Shown here one piece after another: positions 17,752 through 27,165 of a DNA stretch of 64,000 nucleotides. A program made the translations under genes and the position numbers. The DNA is taken from IMG/VR virus record IMGVR_UViG_3300045049_000125, positions 9,840 through 73,839 of that record; one strand, written 5' to 3'. Every line of letters begins with the position of its first letter. Positions within the stretch are counted from its first letter, which is position 1. This DNA comes from a virus. The notes beneath the pieces were generated by a model. The model was not told where the DNA came from. It ran no database searches and worked only from the letters and a program-made list of their open reading frames with translations.

Positions 17752-17880
17752 GTTTGAAAATCTCCTTTATCCGTTTGCGTTCGGCCCGCTTCGCTTGTCG
17801 TTTCTGCTGCTTAATTGCACGTTTCTCCGCACGCTTCTTGTTGCGTGCGGGATCGCGAGCCTTGTCGTCACGTCCGGCGG

Positions 17881-18093
17881 TCATGGCGTCGGACGTGTCA
17901 CCTTGTGGGCCATCACCGCGCTGTACGCGGTGCGAACGTCGCAGTCATGCATGTCGCGATAGGCGCGCACCGCTTCGACCGTCAGTCCGGCATCCATCAG
18001 CTCCGGCCACGGAATTCCTTCGCACAGCTCGCGAAGTTTGGCATCCAGCGCATCGCGTTCGGCCTTGATCCTCAGAATCTCTTTCATGGTCAT
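17881..18093 (-). CDS. Small protein with ribosomal L7/L12 C-terminal-like motif
   Basis: GLTVEAVRAYRDMHDCDVRTAYSAV resembles G.KI.AIK.YR...G..L.EAK..V. Confidence 0.4.
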   Translation of the reverse strand: MTMKEILRIKAERDALDAKLRELCEGIPWPELMDAGLTVEAVRAYRDMHDCDVRTAYSAVMAHKVTRPTP

Positions 18094-18221
18094 TCCACGA
18101 TGAATAGTTCGCCGCACATCTCGCATTCGGTGAAGCCCGTGAAATCACCTTCTTGTTCAAGGGCTTCCCCGCAGGCGGGACAGTCGAAATGGGTGTAGAT
18201 GAATCCGGAAACGCTATCCAT
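18090..18221 (-). CDS. Acidic Zn-ribbon mini-protein (43 aa), missed by ORF track
   Basis: ...CPACGEALEQEGDFTGFTECEMCGELFIVE; ATGA coupling to the next gene. Confidence 0.65.
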   Translation of the reverse strand: MDSVSGFIYTHFDCPACGEALEQEGDFTGFTECEMCGELFIVE

Positions 18222-18223
18222 GG

Positions 18224-18526
18224 TCAATCCTTCCCCTCGAACAGTTCCGGGCACAGGGCGCGGCAGACGGCGAGCGCGCCCTCGCGATCCAGCACCACGC
18301 TATTGCCCATGGAGCGTGACGTTTCACGCTTTCCGGGACGGCTGTAATGCTCCACCATGTGCAGATCGATATGCGCATGATGACCATCTTGCGCTCGCTT
18401 ATCCGCCACGTTGCGAATTTTCAGCGTGGAAACCGTAACACATCCGGTAAGCACGTCATTCACCTGATTAACTACCACGGGATAAAGCGAATCCTCGTGG
18501 AGCGTAGCGACTTTCTGAACGTACAT
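18224..18526 (-). CDS. Hypothetical protein
   Basis: GAGG RBS. Confidence 0.55.
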   Translation of the reverse strand: MYVQKVATLHEDSLYPVVVNQVNDVLTGCVTVSTLKIRNVADKRAQDGHHAHIDLHMVEHYSRPGKRETSRSMGNSVVLDREGALAVCRALCPELFEGKD

Positions 18527-18530
18527 GGTT

Positions 18531-18689
18531 TTAATCCTCGTCAGCGTTGCGGCACGGCGCATTGGCCGCGCGGTTAGTGGCGTCGTTCTTTAGCCAGATG
18601 AGACCGCAGTGAGCGCAGACCGGCCAGTGGCAAATGGTCCACAACCAGCGGTGGGACTTGTCTTTCTTGGGTTTGAACTTGGGAGCCAT
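18531..18689 (-). CDS. Small Cys/His protein
   Basis: CAHCGL.WLKN motif. Confidence 0.55.
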   Translation of the reverse strand: MAPKFKPKKDKSHRWLWTICHWPVCAHCGLIWLKNDATNRAANAPCRNADED

Positions 18690-18693
18690 CGTA

Positions 18694-19596
18694 TTACATT
18701 CCGAAATACTTTTCAAAGCAAATAGGGCCAATGCCTCGGTCGATGCTTTCCCCGTTGGTCAGCTCGCGACCGCAGCAGGAACACACGCCGAAGCGCTTGC
18801 CGTAGGCGATGGCCGATTGTGCGGGATCGGCGGTGACGGCCACGATTTCCGCTGTCTGCTCGGCAGTGCAGTCGCGCGTGCCCAGGAAGCGGCCGTTCAC
18901 GATCTTGCCCAGGTAATCGCCCGTGGCCTTGTGCTTCACGTACACGGCGCCTGCGTTGACGCTCTGCGCCTTGGCAAGCGAGAAGACGAATGCGTGATGC
19001 TCGCCGGCAAGGAGGATTTTCGGCGTCCGGATGCCCTTTTCCGTGGCTCGGATGAGGCTTTCCTTGATGTTCGAGACCGCGACCGCAGGCGCCTTGGCTT
19101 CGCGTTCAGCCTTGGCGGCAGCCAGCTTCGCCACGCAAGATTTAGCGGCGGCTAACTGGCGCTCCGTCAGCTCGCCGAACTTCTCGGCGGTCTCGCGCAG
19201 GCTAATGGCGAAATCGAAGTTTGAACCTGTCCACCATCGCACGATGTCCGGATGAGCGGCGCAGAACGCGGCGAATTTCTCGGCCACGGCATTCTGCTTG
19301 CGCTCCTTGGCCTTGCGCGAGGCGGCGCGGCTCTTGGCTCGCTGTTCCGGGCTGGTGGCGAATTCGAGCTTTCCCGTACCGCCGCATTTGAAGCATGTCG
19401 AACCGTGGATGCTGTAGCCACGATATCGGCCGGTGCCCATGCACTTGGGGCACTTTTCGATGTAGGGGTGCACTGCCGGTAGCGCCTTGACCTGCGTGAT
19501 GTCGGTGGGAACGCCCAGGCGCTCGGCCAGCTTATCAAGCTGGCCCACGTTAAGGCGCACATCGTCCAGGTCGTTCAGGTCGTTGAAGTCGATCAT
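18694..19596 (-). CDS. DUF6011-like protein with N-terminal DnaJ-type Zn finger
   Basis: CPKCMGTG, CFKCGGTG; C-terminal CSCCGRELT...SIDRGIGPIC. Confidence 0.75.
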   Translation of the reverse strand: MIDFNDLNDLDDVRLNVGQLDKLAERLGVPTDITQVKALPAVHPYIEKCPKCMGTGRYRGYSIHGSTCFKCGGTGKLEFATSPEQRAKSRAASRKAKERKQNAVAEKFAAFCAAHPDIVRWWTGSNFDFAISLRETAEKFGELTERQLAAAKSCVAKLAAAKAEREAKAPAVAVSNIKESLIRATEKGIRTPKILLAGEHHAFVFSLAKAQSVNAGAVYVKHKATGDYLGKIVNGRFLGTRDCTAEQTAEIVAVTADPAQSAIAYGKRFGVCSCCGRELTNGESIDRGIGPICFEKYFGM

Positions 19597-19599
19597 GAC

Positions 19600-19803
19600 T
19601 CAGCCCTCCGCCTTGAGAAGACGAGCAGCCATCATGTGCTGCACCTTTACGTTATTCCAGAAAACAAGGTCGGCAGCATTGGAACGGATGCTGAAAGCAT
19701 CGGGGATATGGCGACCATCTTGGCGAATCTCCACGATCATGCGGGAAGCGTCGCGGGCCTCGCGGATGTGGAAACGAATCTTGGCAGCAGTGGAAGCGCG
19801 CAT
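19600..19803 (-). CDS. Small early protein
   Basis: TTGACA-17-TATTCT promoter plus CACACATTCGGAG leader. Confidence 0.6.
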   Translation of the reverse strand: MRASTAAKIRFHIREARDASRMIVEIRQDGRHIPDAFSIRSNAADLVFWNNVKVQHMMAARLLKAEG

Positions 19804-19858
19804 GTTGAACTCCGAATGTGTGAAAGTGGAACTAGAATATAGCTCCACTTTAAAACTG

Positions 19859-20104
19859 TCAAGCGTCGATGCCGGGGAAGTAGTACGAAAGCGCCTTCCG
19901 ACCTTCCGCCAGACAATCCGCCATTTCCTCGGAAAGCCAGCCTAGTCCCCGTGCACGCTTTTCGGCCAAATGCACGAAATTCAGCAGCGCGTTGACGACC
20001 GGAGGAACGTGGTCTCGCTGTTCGCGCAGCCATTCGGCAGTGAGCGGCGCATGATGGGTTTCAGCAACGATGGCGGCGCCTTCAAACTGATTACGAATGT
20101 TCAT
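19859..20104 (-). CDS. Small early protein
   Basis: GGGAG RBS; stop overlaps next -35 box. Confidence 0.6.
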   Translation of the reverse strand: MNIRNQFEGAAIVAETHHAPLTAEWLREQRDHVPPVVNALLNFVHLAEKRARGLGWLSEEMADCLAEGRKALSYYFPGIDA

Positions 20105-20134
20105 GGTGAAACTCCCGTCTGTGTGGGTTGTTGG

Positions 20135-20362
20135 TTAGCACGGGATTCCGTGTTCAGTCATGAATTCCGCGCCACTATCGGCGATGAAAGACAGACAATC
20201 GTTATACGTACCTTTAAAGCGCGGCTTTGCAATTGCCGGTACGGTCCAGACGAAGCGCTTTGCAGCCATGTCGGTGGCGTACCCGCCAACCTGACTCCGG
20301 TTCATCTTGAACACTTCGAATCTGTTCCCATTGGCTCGGATGGTCATGCGGTTATAGTTCAT
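20135..20362 (-). CDS. Small early protein
   Basis: Downstream of TTGACA at 20420-20425. Confidence 0.55.
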   Translation of the reverse strand: MNYNRMTIRANGNRFEVFKMNRSQVGGYATDMAAKRFVWTVPAIAKPRFKGTYNDCLSFIADSGAEFMTEHGIPC

Positions 20363-20421
20363 GTTCGCGATTCCGTCTGTGTGGTTGGCGGGAGTCATCA
20401 TCTCACCAATTTAAAACCGTG

Positions 20422-22494
20422 TCAACGGTTCAATTTGACGTATTCGTGCGGATAGCCGAATTGGTCATTTTCGTGAAAAATCTCGAAGAAATGACGGGTT
20501 GCACCGGCTTTGAGCAGAGCGTTCACGCGGTTACGATCCCATCCCGGCCAGCCCGGCATCTCCCAGCACATCGCGTGCACATGTTCGCGCGTACCGGGTT
20601 TCATGGTGAACCGTTCCATATTCGTCCGGAACATGAAGTCAGCCAGCAACGCGCAATCTTCGTCAGAAATGCCGTTGTTACCCTGCGCAATGGGTCCGTT
20701 GCTCAGGTTCGAGGTAAACGCTTCAAGATCGGGCGCCGCATCGATCACGCATGACATATCGGGCTGGCCCCATTGATCGGTTCCAACCTGTACACCCTTC
20801 AATACAAAATTCGCACCGATATTGTCCGCGCCGTCCTTCACCTTCTTCGTGGACCATGAACGAATGCCGCTGTCGCGGTCACGTTTAACCTCGATAGCCG
20901 AATCGATGCCTGCCAGAAATGCGCTAGACCCTCGCGGACCGCGCTCCGTGTCCTTACCGCTATGGTGAATCAGGATCACCACGCATTGCGTCTCACGAGC
21001 CAGGGTTTCGACCGCAACGAGATATTTCGACATCTCGGCCATGTCGTTTTCGTTCATGCCCGGCGCCGATTTCGCCAGCGTATCGATGCAAATGACGCCC
21101 TGACGCTGCTTGTTCTTGTAGATGGTGCGAATGAGCTTTTCCATATCTTCGGATTTGAGAATGTTCAAGCCATTCGTGAGCATCATCATGCGGCCCATGT
21201 TGCCGTGATGGATGCGATAGGCATACACGCGATTGCGCAAACCGGCCTCGCCTTCGAGACCAACATAAGTCACAGGGACTTGCCGTGTCTTGCGACCGAA
21301 CCAGTCATGACCGGATGCCACGGCCGCGAGCATATCCAGTGCAAGGAACGTCTTGCCCGAGCCCGAAGGCCCGTACACTGATGCCACCCCGCGTGCAGGC
21401 AACACGTTGTGAATGATCCACTCGGTTTGTGTGTATTCGGTCACGTCGTCAGTCCACAGTGCAGGGAATTCTTTTTCGCCATCCTCTTCGCCGAAAGCAA
21501 TTTCAATGTCTTCGGGATTGAACATTCGCCCCGATGCTTCAAGATCGGCGGCGGCGGCATTGATGTTTCGTTTAAGCCATCCCTCATATTGAGCCCGGCT
21601 CAGACCTGCGCGATTCTCGGAGCGATTCATGTACTCCGCGCATGGACTCTGCGTGTATAGACGCAATACCTGCTCATAATTTAATGAGCACTGTATCAGG
21701 TCCATAACCACTTGATAATGCATGTCAGAACCTCCCGTTTGGGATTGGTTCTTGTACATGTAATTTGCAGTCTCTGGGCAGCGGCGGAACATCTGCACCA
21801 TGACTTCAAAATCCGTATGCTTCGGATTATCGTGCCATTGGGCATTACTTCCTTGCGCTGCCTCTTTTGCAAGAGCGCAGCGTTTGAACAAGTAGTTTTG
21901 GAAATTTTCAGGAAGTGTGGAGAAATCAGCAAATCCCATGTCGGGATCGCTTACCACATCACCTGTTAGAAACACGAAACCGTTAACAACGCGAGTATCT
22001 ACTTTTTTCTCGCCGTTGTTGGTATTGCTCAATTGAGCCGCTTCAATGTCGCTCAACCAGTAAAAAGCGTGATAGCCCACACCCGACACACTGCGCTCCG
22101 TCCACGTGGGAGCGCGGTCCAAGATGTCATAGTGGGCTTGCTGTGTGAGCGCGGGCGTCGTCGGCGCGTCCGTGTCATCCAAATCCACACAGACGAGATT
22201 TTCAGGCATGTACAAAATGAGGCCGTGTACCTTGTTAGGCTGCTCGGCCTTGAGGTATTCGACTTCCTGAAACGCCTCTTCAAACGACATAGACGTTTCG
22301 AGACGGTTGGGACTGTAGCGTTCCCCCGTCACGGGATTGCGACCCACGGTCTTCACCACATCACCCGCATCATCCCAATGCGTCGAATAGGTGCCGAATC
22401 GGAAATCTTGGAAGTTGCGGAAAATCTCCGGTGTTACATGCGACTGTGCAGTCGCCACTGCTTCTCCGGAAAAATCGAAATTCAAATCTGCCAT
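20422..22494 (-). CDS. Primase-polymerase / RepA-like (AAA_25) helicase
   Basis: VDLDD, ERSVSGVGYH (prim-pol); GPSGSGKT, IDTL, IHHSGKD..RGPRGSS (helicase). Confidence 0.9.
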   Translation of the reverse strand: MADLNFDFSGEAVATAQSHVTPEIFRNFQDFRFGTYSTHWDDAGDVVKTVGRNPVTGERYSPNRLETSMSFEEAFQEVEYLKAEQPNKVHGLILYMPENLVCVDLDDTDAPTTPALTQQAHYDILDRAPTWTERSVSGVGYHAFYWLSDIEAAQLSNTNNGEKKVDTRVVNGFVFLTGDVVSDPDMGFADFSTLPENFQNYLFKRCALAKEAAQGSNAQWHDNPKHTDFEVMVQMFRRCPETANYMYKNQSQTGGSDMHYQVVMDLIQCSLNYEQVLRLYTQSPCAEYMNRSENRAGLSRAQYEGWLKRNINAAAADLEASGRMFNPEDIEIAFGEEDGEKEFPALWTDDVTEYTQTEWIIHNVLPARGVASVYGPSGSGKTFLALDMLAAVASGHDWFGRKTRQVPVTYVGLEGEAGLRNRVYAYRIHHGNMGRMMMLTNGLNILKSEDMEKLIRTIYKNKQRQGVICIDTLAKSAPGMNENDMAEMSKYLVAVETLARETQCVVILIHHSGKDTERGPRGSSAFLAGIDSAIEVKRDRDSGIRSWSTKKVKDGADNIGANFVLKGVQVGTDQWGQPDMSCVIDAAPDLEAFTSNLSNGPIAQGNNGISDEDCALLADFMFRTNMERFTMKPGTREHVHAMCWEMPGWPGWDRNRVNALLKAGATRHFFEIFHENDQFGYPHEYVKLNR

Positions 22495-22507
22495 TGCCGC
22501 CTCGGAG

Positions 22508-22535
22508 AAAAAGACGCCGGCATTAAGCCGGCGTC
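22508..22535 (-). terminator. Intrinsic terminator after SSB gene
   Basis: GACGCCGGC stem plus U-tract on minus strand. Confidence 0.7.
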
Positions 22536-22569
22536 CAATGGTACCGCTTCGTATTGCTTCAAGCCAAGC

Positions 22570-23271
22570 TTACTGCTCATCCCATGGCTGGTCGCCGTTG
22601 TCGATGAACTCGTCCTGCTGCTCCACAAACTGCTCTTCTTCAACAAACTGCTCTTCCTGCACCGGACCCGGCTTCGGTGAAGGGTTCGGACGAGTCGCCG
22701 GACGAGTACGCGCGGCCTGCTGTTCGCCACCCTGAGCCTGCGCCGGGGCGCTGGTTGCCGGACGGTTGCCGAAGCCCGCCGGACGCTGCGCGGCGCCGCT
22801 GGCGGGGCGAGTCTGTCCACCGGCAGACGGACGCGACGTGCCACCCGCTGCACCGCTCGAAATCGGCTCGTAGCTGTCGATTTCGTTGCGTGCCGCATAC
22901 TTCTCGGCACCCGTCGCCGGATCGATCTGCGCGGCCTTGATCTTGACCTTGATGCGCAGCGGCTTTTCGAGAAGCTGGTCAGTGGTGGTCAGTTTCAGCA
23001 CATTGATCGCGTGGCAGATGGCCGACAGTTCGCCCTGAGCGATCTTCTGCGCTTGCTCGGATTTGTTCTCGATGTTCAGACCGGCGAAAACCACGCGGCC
23101 GTCATAATCGCCTCCGATGATCTTGAATTGCAGGTTCAGACGCTTGCCGCTGCCGTCGCTAGTGGGCTTGATTTCAGCGGTGGTAATCTTCGCGTTGTAG
23201 AGATTCGCCGGAATCGGCTCACGGCCAGTGGAAGGGGCAACGGTGGTCGCGTCGAAGGAAAGAAGTGCCAT
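22570..23271 (-). CDS. DUF669-family ssDNA-binding protein
   Basis: EPIPA..Y..I...EIKPT..G.G..L.L.FKI..G.Y.GR; acidic C-terminal tail. Confidence 0.85.
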   Translation of the reverse strand: MALLSFDATTVAPSTGREPIPANLYNAKITTAEIKPTSDGSGKRLNLQFKIIGGDYDGRVVFAGLNIENKSEQAQKIAQGELSAICHAINVLKLTTTDQLLEKPLRIKVKIKAAQIDPATGAEKYAARNEIDSYEPISSGAAGGTSRPSAGGQTRPASGAAQRPAGFGNRPATSAPAQAQGGEQQAARTRPATRPNPSPKPGPVQEEQFVEEEQFVEQQDEFIDNGDQPWDEQ

Positions 23272-23370
23272 ATTTTTAGTTCCTGTGTTTAGGGTTTCGT
23301 CATTTGATTGGCCTCGCGATTGTGTGGAATGTGTGGGTGAAAGCTCATCTTACATGTACAGCAACGTAGA

Positions 23371-24099
23371 TCAAGAAGCGTAAGCGAGAATTTTGCGAAT
23401 GATGTTGCCCATGTGCGCCTCTTCCATAAGATCAAGCGCGCCGGAGCGGCATTTCGCATCGTACGAAAGATCGGGCTGCGTTTGGAAATAGCGGAACGAA
23501 CCTCCCTCATCCTCGCCCACACGGAGCGCATACATTTCATCGAAGAAGTATGGAATGCCCTGGCCGAGTTTGTTACCCGGCATCATGACGGAGCGCATGG
23601 TGATGCCACTCACTTCGTCCTTTTGGAGGCCCATCTTTGCCGACATGTACACATGCTTGCCGCTGATGTCGCGGAAAGATCGGATGAGCTTTTCGCCCTG
23701 ATCTTTCAATTCTCCATAAGCGGCACGCTTATCACGATTGAAACCATTAGCGGCAGTAAGGATTTGCTCCATGATTTCGGTAATGGAGTCCAGTGCGATG
23801 GTTTCGTACTGATCCGCCTCAGGGGACAGCGTGGCCCACTCGTACGCCTCGTTCAAGTCGGTGTAATCGCGCACCTTCAAGACGGGAATGTTATACGTGA
23901 TGTCCTCACGTCCGGCACCGAAAACACGTTCGATATTCTGGCGGGAGAGCGACAACAGACCCGATTCGGCCGAGATAAGCACGGGATTCGGGAGCGTGGC
24001 GACCTGCATCGTCTTGCCGACGCCTGCGGGTCCGTAAGCGAGGATTTTCACACCGTTGACCACGGCTTCCTCGCTGGTGGTGGTGAACTCGACTGCCAT
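23371..24099 (-). CDS. Sak4-like ATPase/annealing protein (AAA_24)
   Basis: YGPAGVGKT, ISAESGLLSL, LDSITE, AKCRSGALD..E. Confidence 0.85.
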   Translation of the reverse strand: MAVEFTTTSEEAVVNGVKILAYGPAGVGKTMQVATLPNPVLISAESGLLSLSRQNIERVFGAGREDITYNIPVLKVRDYTDLNEAYEWATLSPEADQYETIALDSITEIMEQILTAANGFNRDKRAAYGELKDQGEKLIRSFRDISGKHVYMSAKMGLQKDEVSGITMRSVMMPGNKLGQGIPYFFDEMYALRVGEDEGGSFRYFQTQPDLSYDAKCRSGALDLMEEAHMGNIIRKILAYAS

Positions 24100-24185
24100 T
24101 CGTTGAACCTCGGATGTTGCGAAAGGTGTTGCACCGTACCTATGTGTACAGCACGATGCAACACCTTTTGCGTGTTTTGAGCGAA

Positions 24186-24929
24186 TTAGTCATTCGTAGC
24201 TATGAATGCCCTAATAAATTTTTCTGCAACGTGCGGGACTATGGCGTTCCCGTAGGCCGCAATTGATGCCAAATCATCGGGAACCCCATCAGGGAGCAAT
24301 AGAACATCCCGGAAATTCTTCGTGTCTGCGGGCATTGGATGGGTAGGCCAAGGGAAAGCATTAAGGCTCCCGGGAGCGCGGGATATACTTTCCCGTTGCT
24401 TCGATGATAGCCCCGTCCAGTGGAATCCGTTTTTGACGCTGTAGGCCACGAACCACAATCTATTCCGTTCGTGGTCCGAATTTTCGCAACCGGCCGGGAT
24501 AGGCATTGCCCCCACGGTGTATTCCATTCCTTCCATATCACTGTAAACGTTCGCGAGCCATTTAGAAGCTGTCGCAACTTGCTCTCCAAAGATGATTGGA
24601 GGACGGCACTCGCTGATGAGGTGGAACCAGGCGGGCCATAGGTGCCGCTCGTCAGCAAACCCAATGCCTTTGCCTGCCGTGCTGAAAGGCTGGCAGGGGC
24701 ACGATCCGGTCCAGACGGGATAATCGTCGGGCCAACCGGCGAGGCGCAAGGCGAGCGGCCATCCTCCAATACCTGCGAAGAAATGGCATTGTGTGTATTG
24801 GGATAATTCATGTGGGCAAACATCTTCTATGCTTCGCGAATCAACAACACCATTTGGAATTTCTCCCGCTTGAATTAGATTTTTAAGCCATTCAACGCAG
24901 TACGGATCAATTTCGTTGTAGTAATTCAT
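24186..24929 (-). CDS. DNA cytosine-5 methyltransferase, alpha chain (lacks motif IX)
   Basis: FFAGIGG (I), GSCPCQPFS (IV), EQV (VI), H.R.RLWFVA (VIII), YGNAIVP (X). Confidence 0.9.
   Translation of the reverse strand: MNYYNEIDPYCVEWLKNLIQAGEIPNGVVDSRSIEDVCPHELSQYTQCHFFAGIGGWPLALRLAGWPDDYPVWTGSCPCQPFSTAGKGIGFADERHLWPAWFHLISECRPPIIFGEQVATASKWLANVYSDMEGMEYTVGAMPIPAGCENSDHERNRLWFVAYSVKNGFHWTGLSSKQRESISRAPGSLNAFPWPTHPMPADTKNFRDVLLLPDGVPDDLASIAAYGNAIVPHVAEKFIRAFIATND
24239..24823 (-). CDS. Nested alternative-frame methyltransferase beta chain (start uncertain, possibly TTG at 24658)
   Basis: Stop-free 194-codon alternative frame ending RRISGMFYCSLMGFPMIW, motif IX-like. Confidence 0.65.
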   Translation of the reverse strand: MFAHMNYPNTHNAISSQVLEDGRSPCASPVGPTIIPSGPDRAPASLSARQAKALGLLTSGTYGPPGSTSSASAVLQSSLESKLRQLLNGSRTFTVIWKEWNTPWGQCLSRPVAKIRTTNGIDCGSWPTASKTDSTGRGYHRSNGKVYPALPGALMLSLGLPIQCPQTRRISGMFYCSLMGFPMIWHQLRPTGTP

Positions 24930-24934
24930 CAATT

Positions 24935-25903
24935 CTACTCGGCCATCGTGATGGGATCGCGCCACGCTTTAAAACTTCCGTGACGCGGAACATCCTTCTC
25001 GCCATGCTTGAAGAACTTGTATGTGACCATCATTCCACGCAAGACATTCGGGTTCACTGTCCAAAGTTCCCACAGCGCGCGTCGCTGCTCATGCGTCAGC
25101 GTGCCCGGCCCAATGTCGAAATCACGCCGCGCTCCGTCCGGACCCTTGAAGTCATAGACGTGAATGCGGCCCACCATGTCCATGTCCACTTTGCCGGCTT
25201 TCGCGCTGCTGCGCTCGATATGTCCAAGGGCATTCCGGATGGCTTCGTTCATGTTGTGCTGTGCGGGGCTGAAACCCTCAATCACGGCTTCCGCGTCTTC
25301 AAAACGCTTTACCTTGATGAGTGTTTGCTCCTTCGTCGTGCTGCGCCCGTACTTGTATGCGTGATCGGGTGCACGAGTGCAAACGCCTTCGTAACCATGC
25401 GCCAACGCGCGGGTTTCGTAATCGTCCAACTCTTCCGGCGTGACCAGAACGGTTTGATTGACGTACGTCACACGCTTCAACCACTCCGCATCCGGAAATT
25501 CTTCTCGCAGCATCGCCAATTTCGTCTGCAACACGATTTGACGATCTGCCGCCGAAAGGTCCGGATTGCCGAAATAATCGAACACGTGGAACCACACATT
25601 AGGCTTGCCAGTCTTGCGCATCACCTCGGCGGTTCGCTGGATCACGTCCCGTGCATTCGGTGGCCCCACGGTCAATTCACCATCGAAACCATCAAGCTGT
25701 GGCCGTCCGAACAGCTCTTGCACGTACGGATTGGGAAACGGTTTGAGACTATATGCAACGAGCTGATCCGATCCCGGAAGTTTGACGGCGCGGAAGCCGT
25801 CAATTTTTGGGGATGCGAAGCACGGAAAGCGTTGTTTTTCGGCCTCGTAATCGCCGGCCTTCATGGGCTTGAACTGCGAACGCGGCTTAGCCATGAATGC
25901 CAT
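24935..25903 (-). CDS. ATP-dependent DNA ligase
   Basis: SPKIDGFR (motif I), FDGEL, HVFD, GYEGV, KVKRFEDAEA. Confidence 0.92.
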   Translation of the reverse strand: MAFMAKPRSQFKPMKAGDYEAEKQRFPCFASPKIDGFRAVKLPGSDQLVAYSLKPFPNPYVQELFGRPQLDGFDGELTVGPPNARDVIQRTAEVMRKTGKPNVWFHVFDYFGNPDLSAADRQIVLQTKLAMLREEFPDAEWLKRVTYVNQTVLVTPEELDDYETRALAHGYEGVCTRAPDHAYKYGRSTTKEQTLIKVKRFEDAEAVIEGFSPAQHNMNEAIRNALGHIERSSAKAGKVDMDMVGRIHVYDFKGPDGARRDFDIGPGTLTHEQRRALWELWTVNPNVLRGMMVTYKFFKHGEKDVPRHGSFKAWRDPITMAE

Positions 25904-26081
25904 CCTCCGGCCATGTGACGGATTCGTACTCTTCAAGCTTGGTGGTGGCCTTGCCGATGTTGCGCAAAGCCATGTCCACGTCGTCTTGCGTGCAGTCGGC
26001 AGACTGAATGCACGTAACGGCGGACTTCAACAAATAAAATGCGTCTCGGCGCAGATGGTCAACTTTCATTTGAAACTCCGA

Positions 26082-26837
26082 TCAGGGAAGACGTCGATAC
26101 TTATCGTACAGCTCCATCGTCTTAGGGAGCTGTGCGCGCAGCAGTGTATCAATCGCTTGCGCGTATTTCTGCGCCTCGATTTGCGCATGCGAGTGGTCGC
26201 GCAGGCGCAGGAAGTTCAGCAGGTTGTGCAAATCCTGCTTCCACAGCCAGTGCGTATAGTGATTCAGCGACAGCAGCATGCGCGCGTGTTCGGGTGCAAC
26301 ACCGTCCTTAATTGCGTCAAGATAATGCTCATATCCTGATTTGCAATGTTGGTGCAAGATGTATCTGAATCCGTCTTGCGTGCTTTGGTCAAGATTGTCT
26401 TCCTGGCCTTGCTTCTTGTTCGCCGCTTTTCCGCCGACGACTTCCGGGATATACCACTCTGCCGGAAGCGTGACATAACGACCGCTCACCTCGTTGATGC
26501 TTGTGGTTCGATGGCGTACGAACTGCCGAGCCACGAAGATGGGCAGCTTCATTTCAAGCCACACATCCACCATCTCAAACGGAGACGTGTGCCAATTGCG
26601 CATGAGATAATCTGCAAGCTTGTGGTCTTGCTCGGCGGTGCGATCCTCGTTCATCTGGTCGAATGACATGCGCGCCGCTTGCGCCGGGTCGCGGTCGTCG
26701 GCATCGAAGGGACGCGCAAGCAAGCCGAACTCGCGTTCTTCCATGTCATAGCCGAAACCGTTATGCGGGCGCCGTGTGGGGCCGGCGATGTTGCGGAGGG
26801 TGACAAAGCCGTGGTCAAGAACTTTCACGGTAGACAT
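26082..26837 (-). CDS. thyX: Flavin-dependent thymidylate synthase
   Basis: HTSPFE, RQFVRHRTTSINEVSGRY, E.AR..L, HAQ.E. Confidence 0.95.
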   Translation of the reverse strand: MSTVKVLDHGFVTLRNIAGPTRRPHNGFGYDMEEREFGLLARPFDADDRDPAQAARMSFDQMNEDRTAEQDHKLADYLMRNWHTSPFEMVDVWLEMKLPIFVARQFVRHRTTSINEVSGRYVTLPAEWYIPEVVGGKAANKKQGQEDNLDQSTQDGFRYILHQHCKSGYEHYLDAIKDGVAPEHARMLLSLNHYTHWLWKQDLHNLLNFLRLRDHSHAQIEAQKYAQAIDTLLRAQLPKTMELYDKYRRLP

Positions 26838-27124
26838 GCGATACGCTTCCGATAGATGGTGTTACGGGTTTCGATTTCCACGACACCGGCCAACAGCGTC
26901 GGAGATGTGGCAGCGTTCCAATCCTGCGGAACGGGGATCACGTGGCCGTCTGTACCAATGACGCGAATCACGCGGGACGTATACACATATTCCGTATCGC
27001 CGAGATGGGGATGACCCTGAACCTCGTAAAGCTCGGCGCGGTCCACATCGTAGAGAGGGCCGAGATATCCGATCCGGCCAAAGGTGACAATGGGCTTGTC
27101 ATCATGCGATTTAAAACTTTCCAT
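26825..27124 (-). CDS. Hypothetical phage protein
   Basis: HPHLG...VYTSRV...IETRNTIY motif. Confidence 0.6.
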   Translation of the reverse strand: MESFKSHDDKPIVTFGRIGYLGPLYDVDRAELYEVQGHPHLGDTEYVYTSRVIRVIGTDGHVIPVPQDWNAATSPTLLAGVVEIETRNTIYRKRIACLP

Positions 27125-27165
27125 AAGACCTCCGAAAATGAAGGGGCGTGCGCCGCCCCTAAGCG

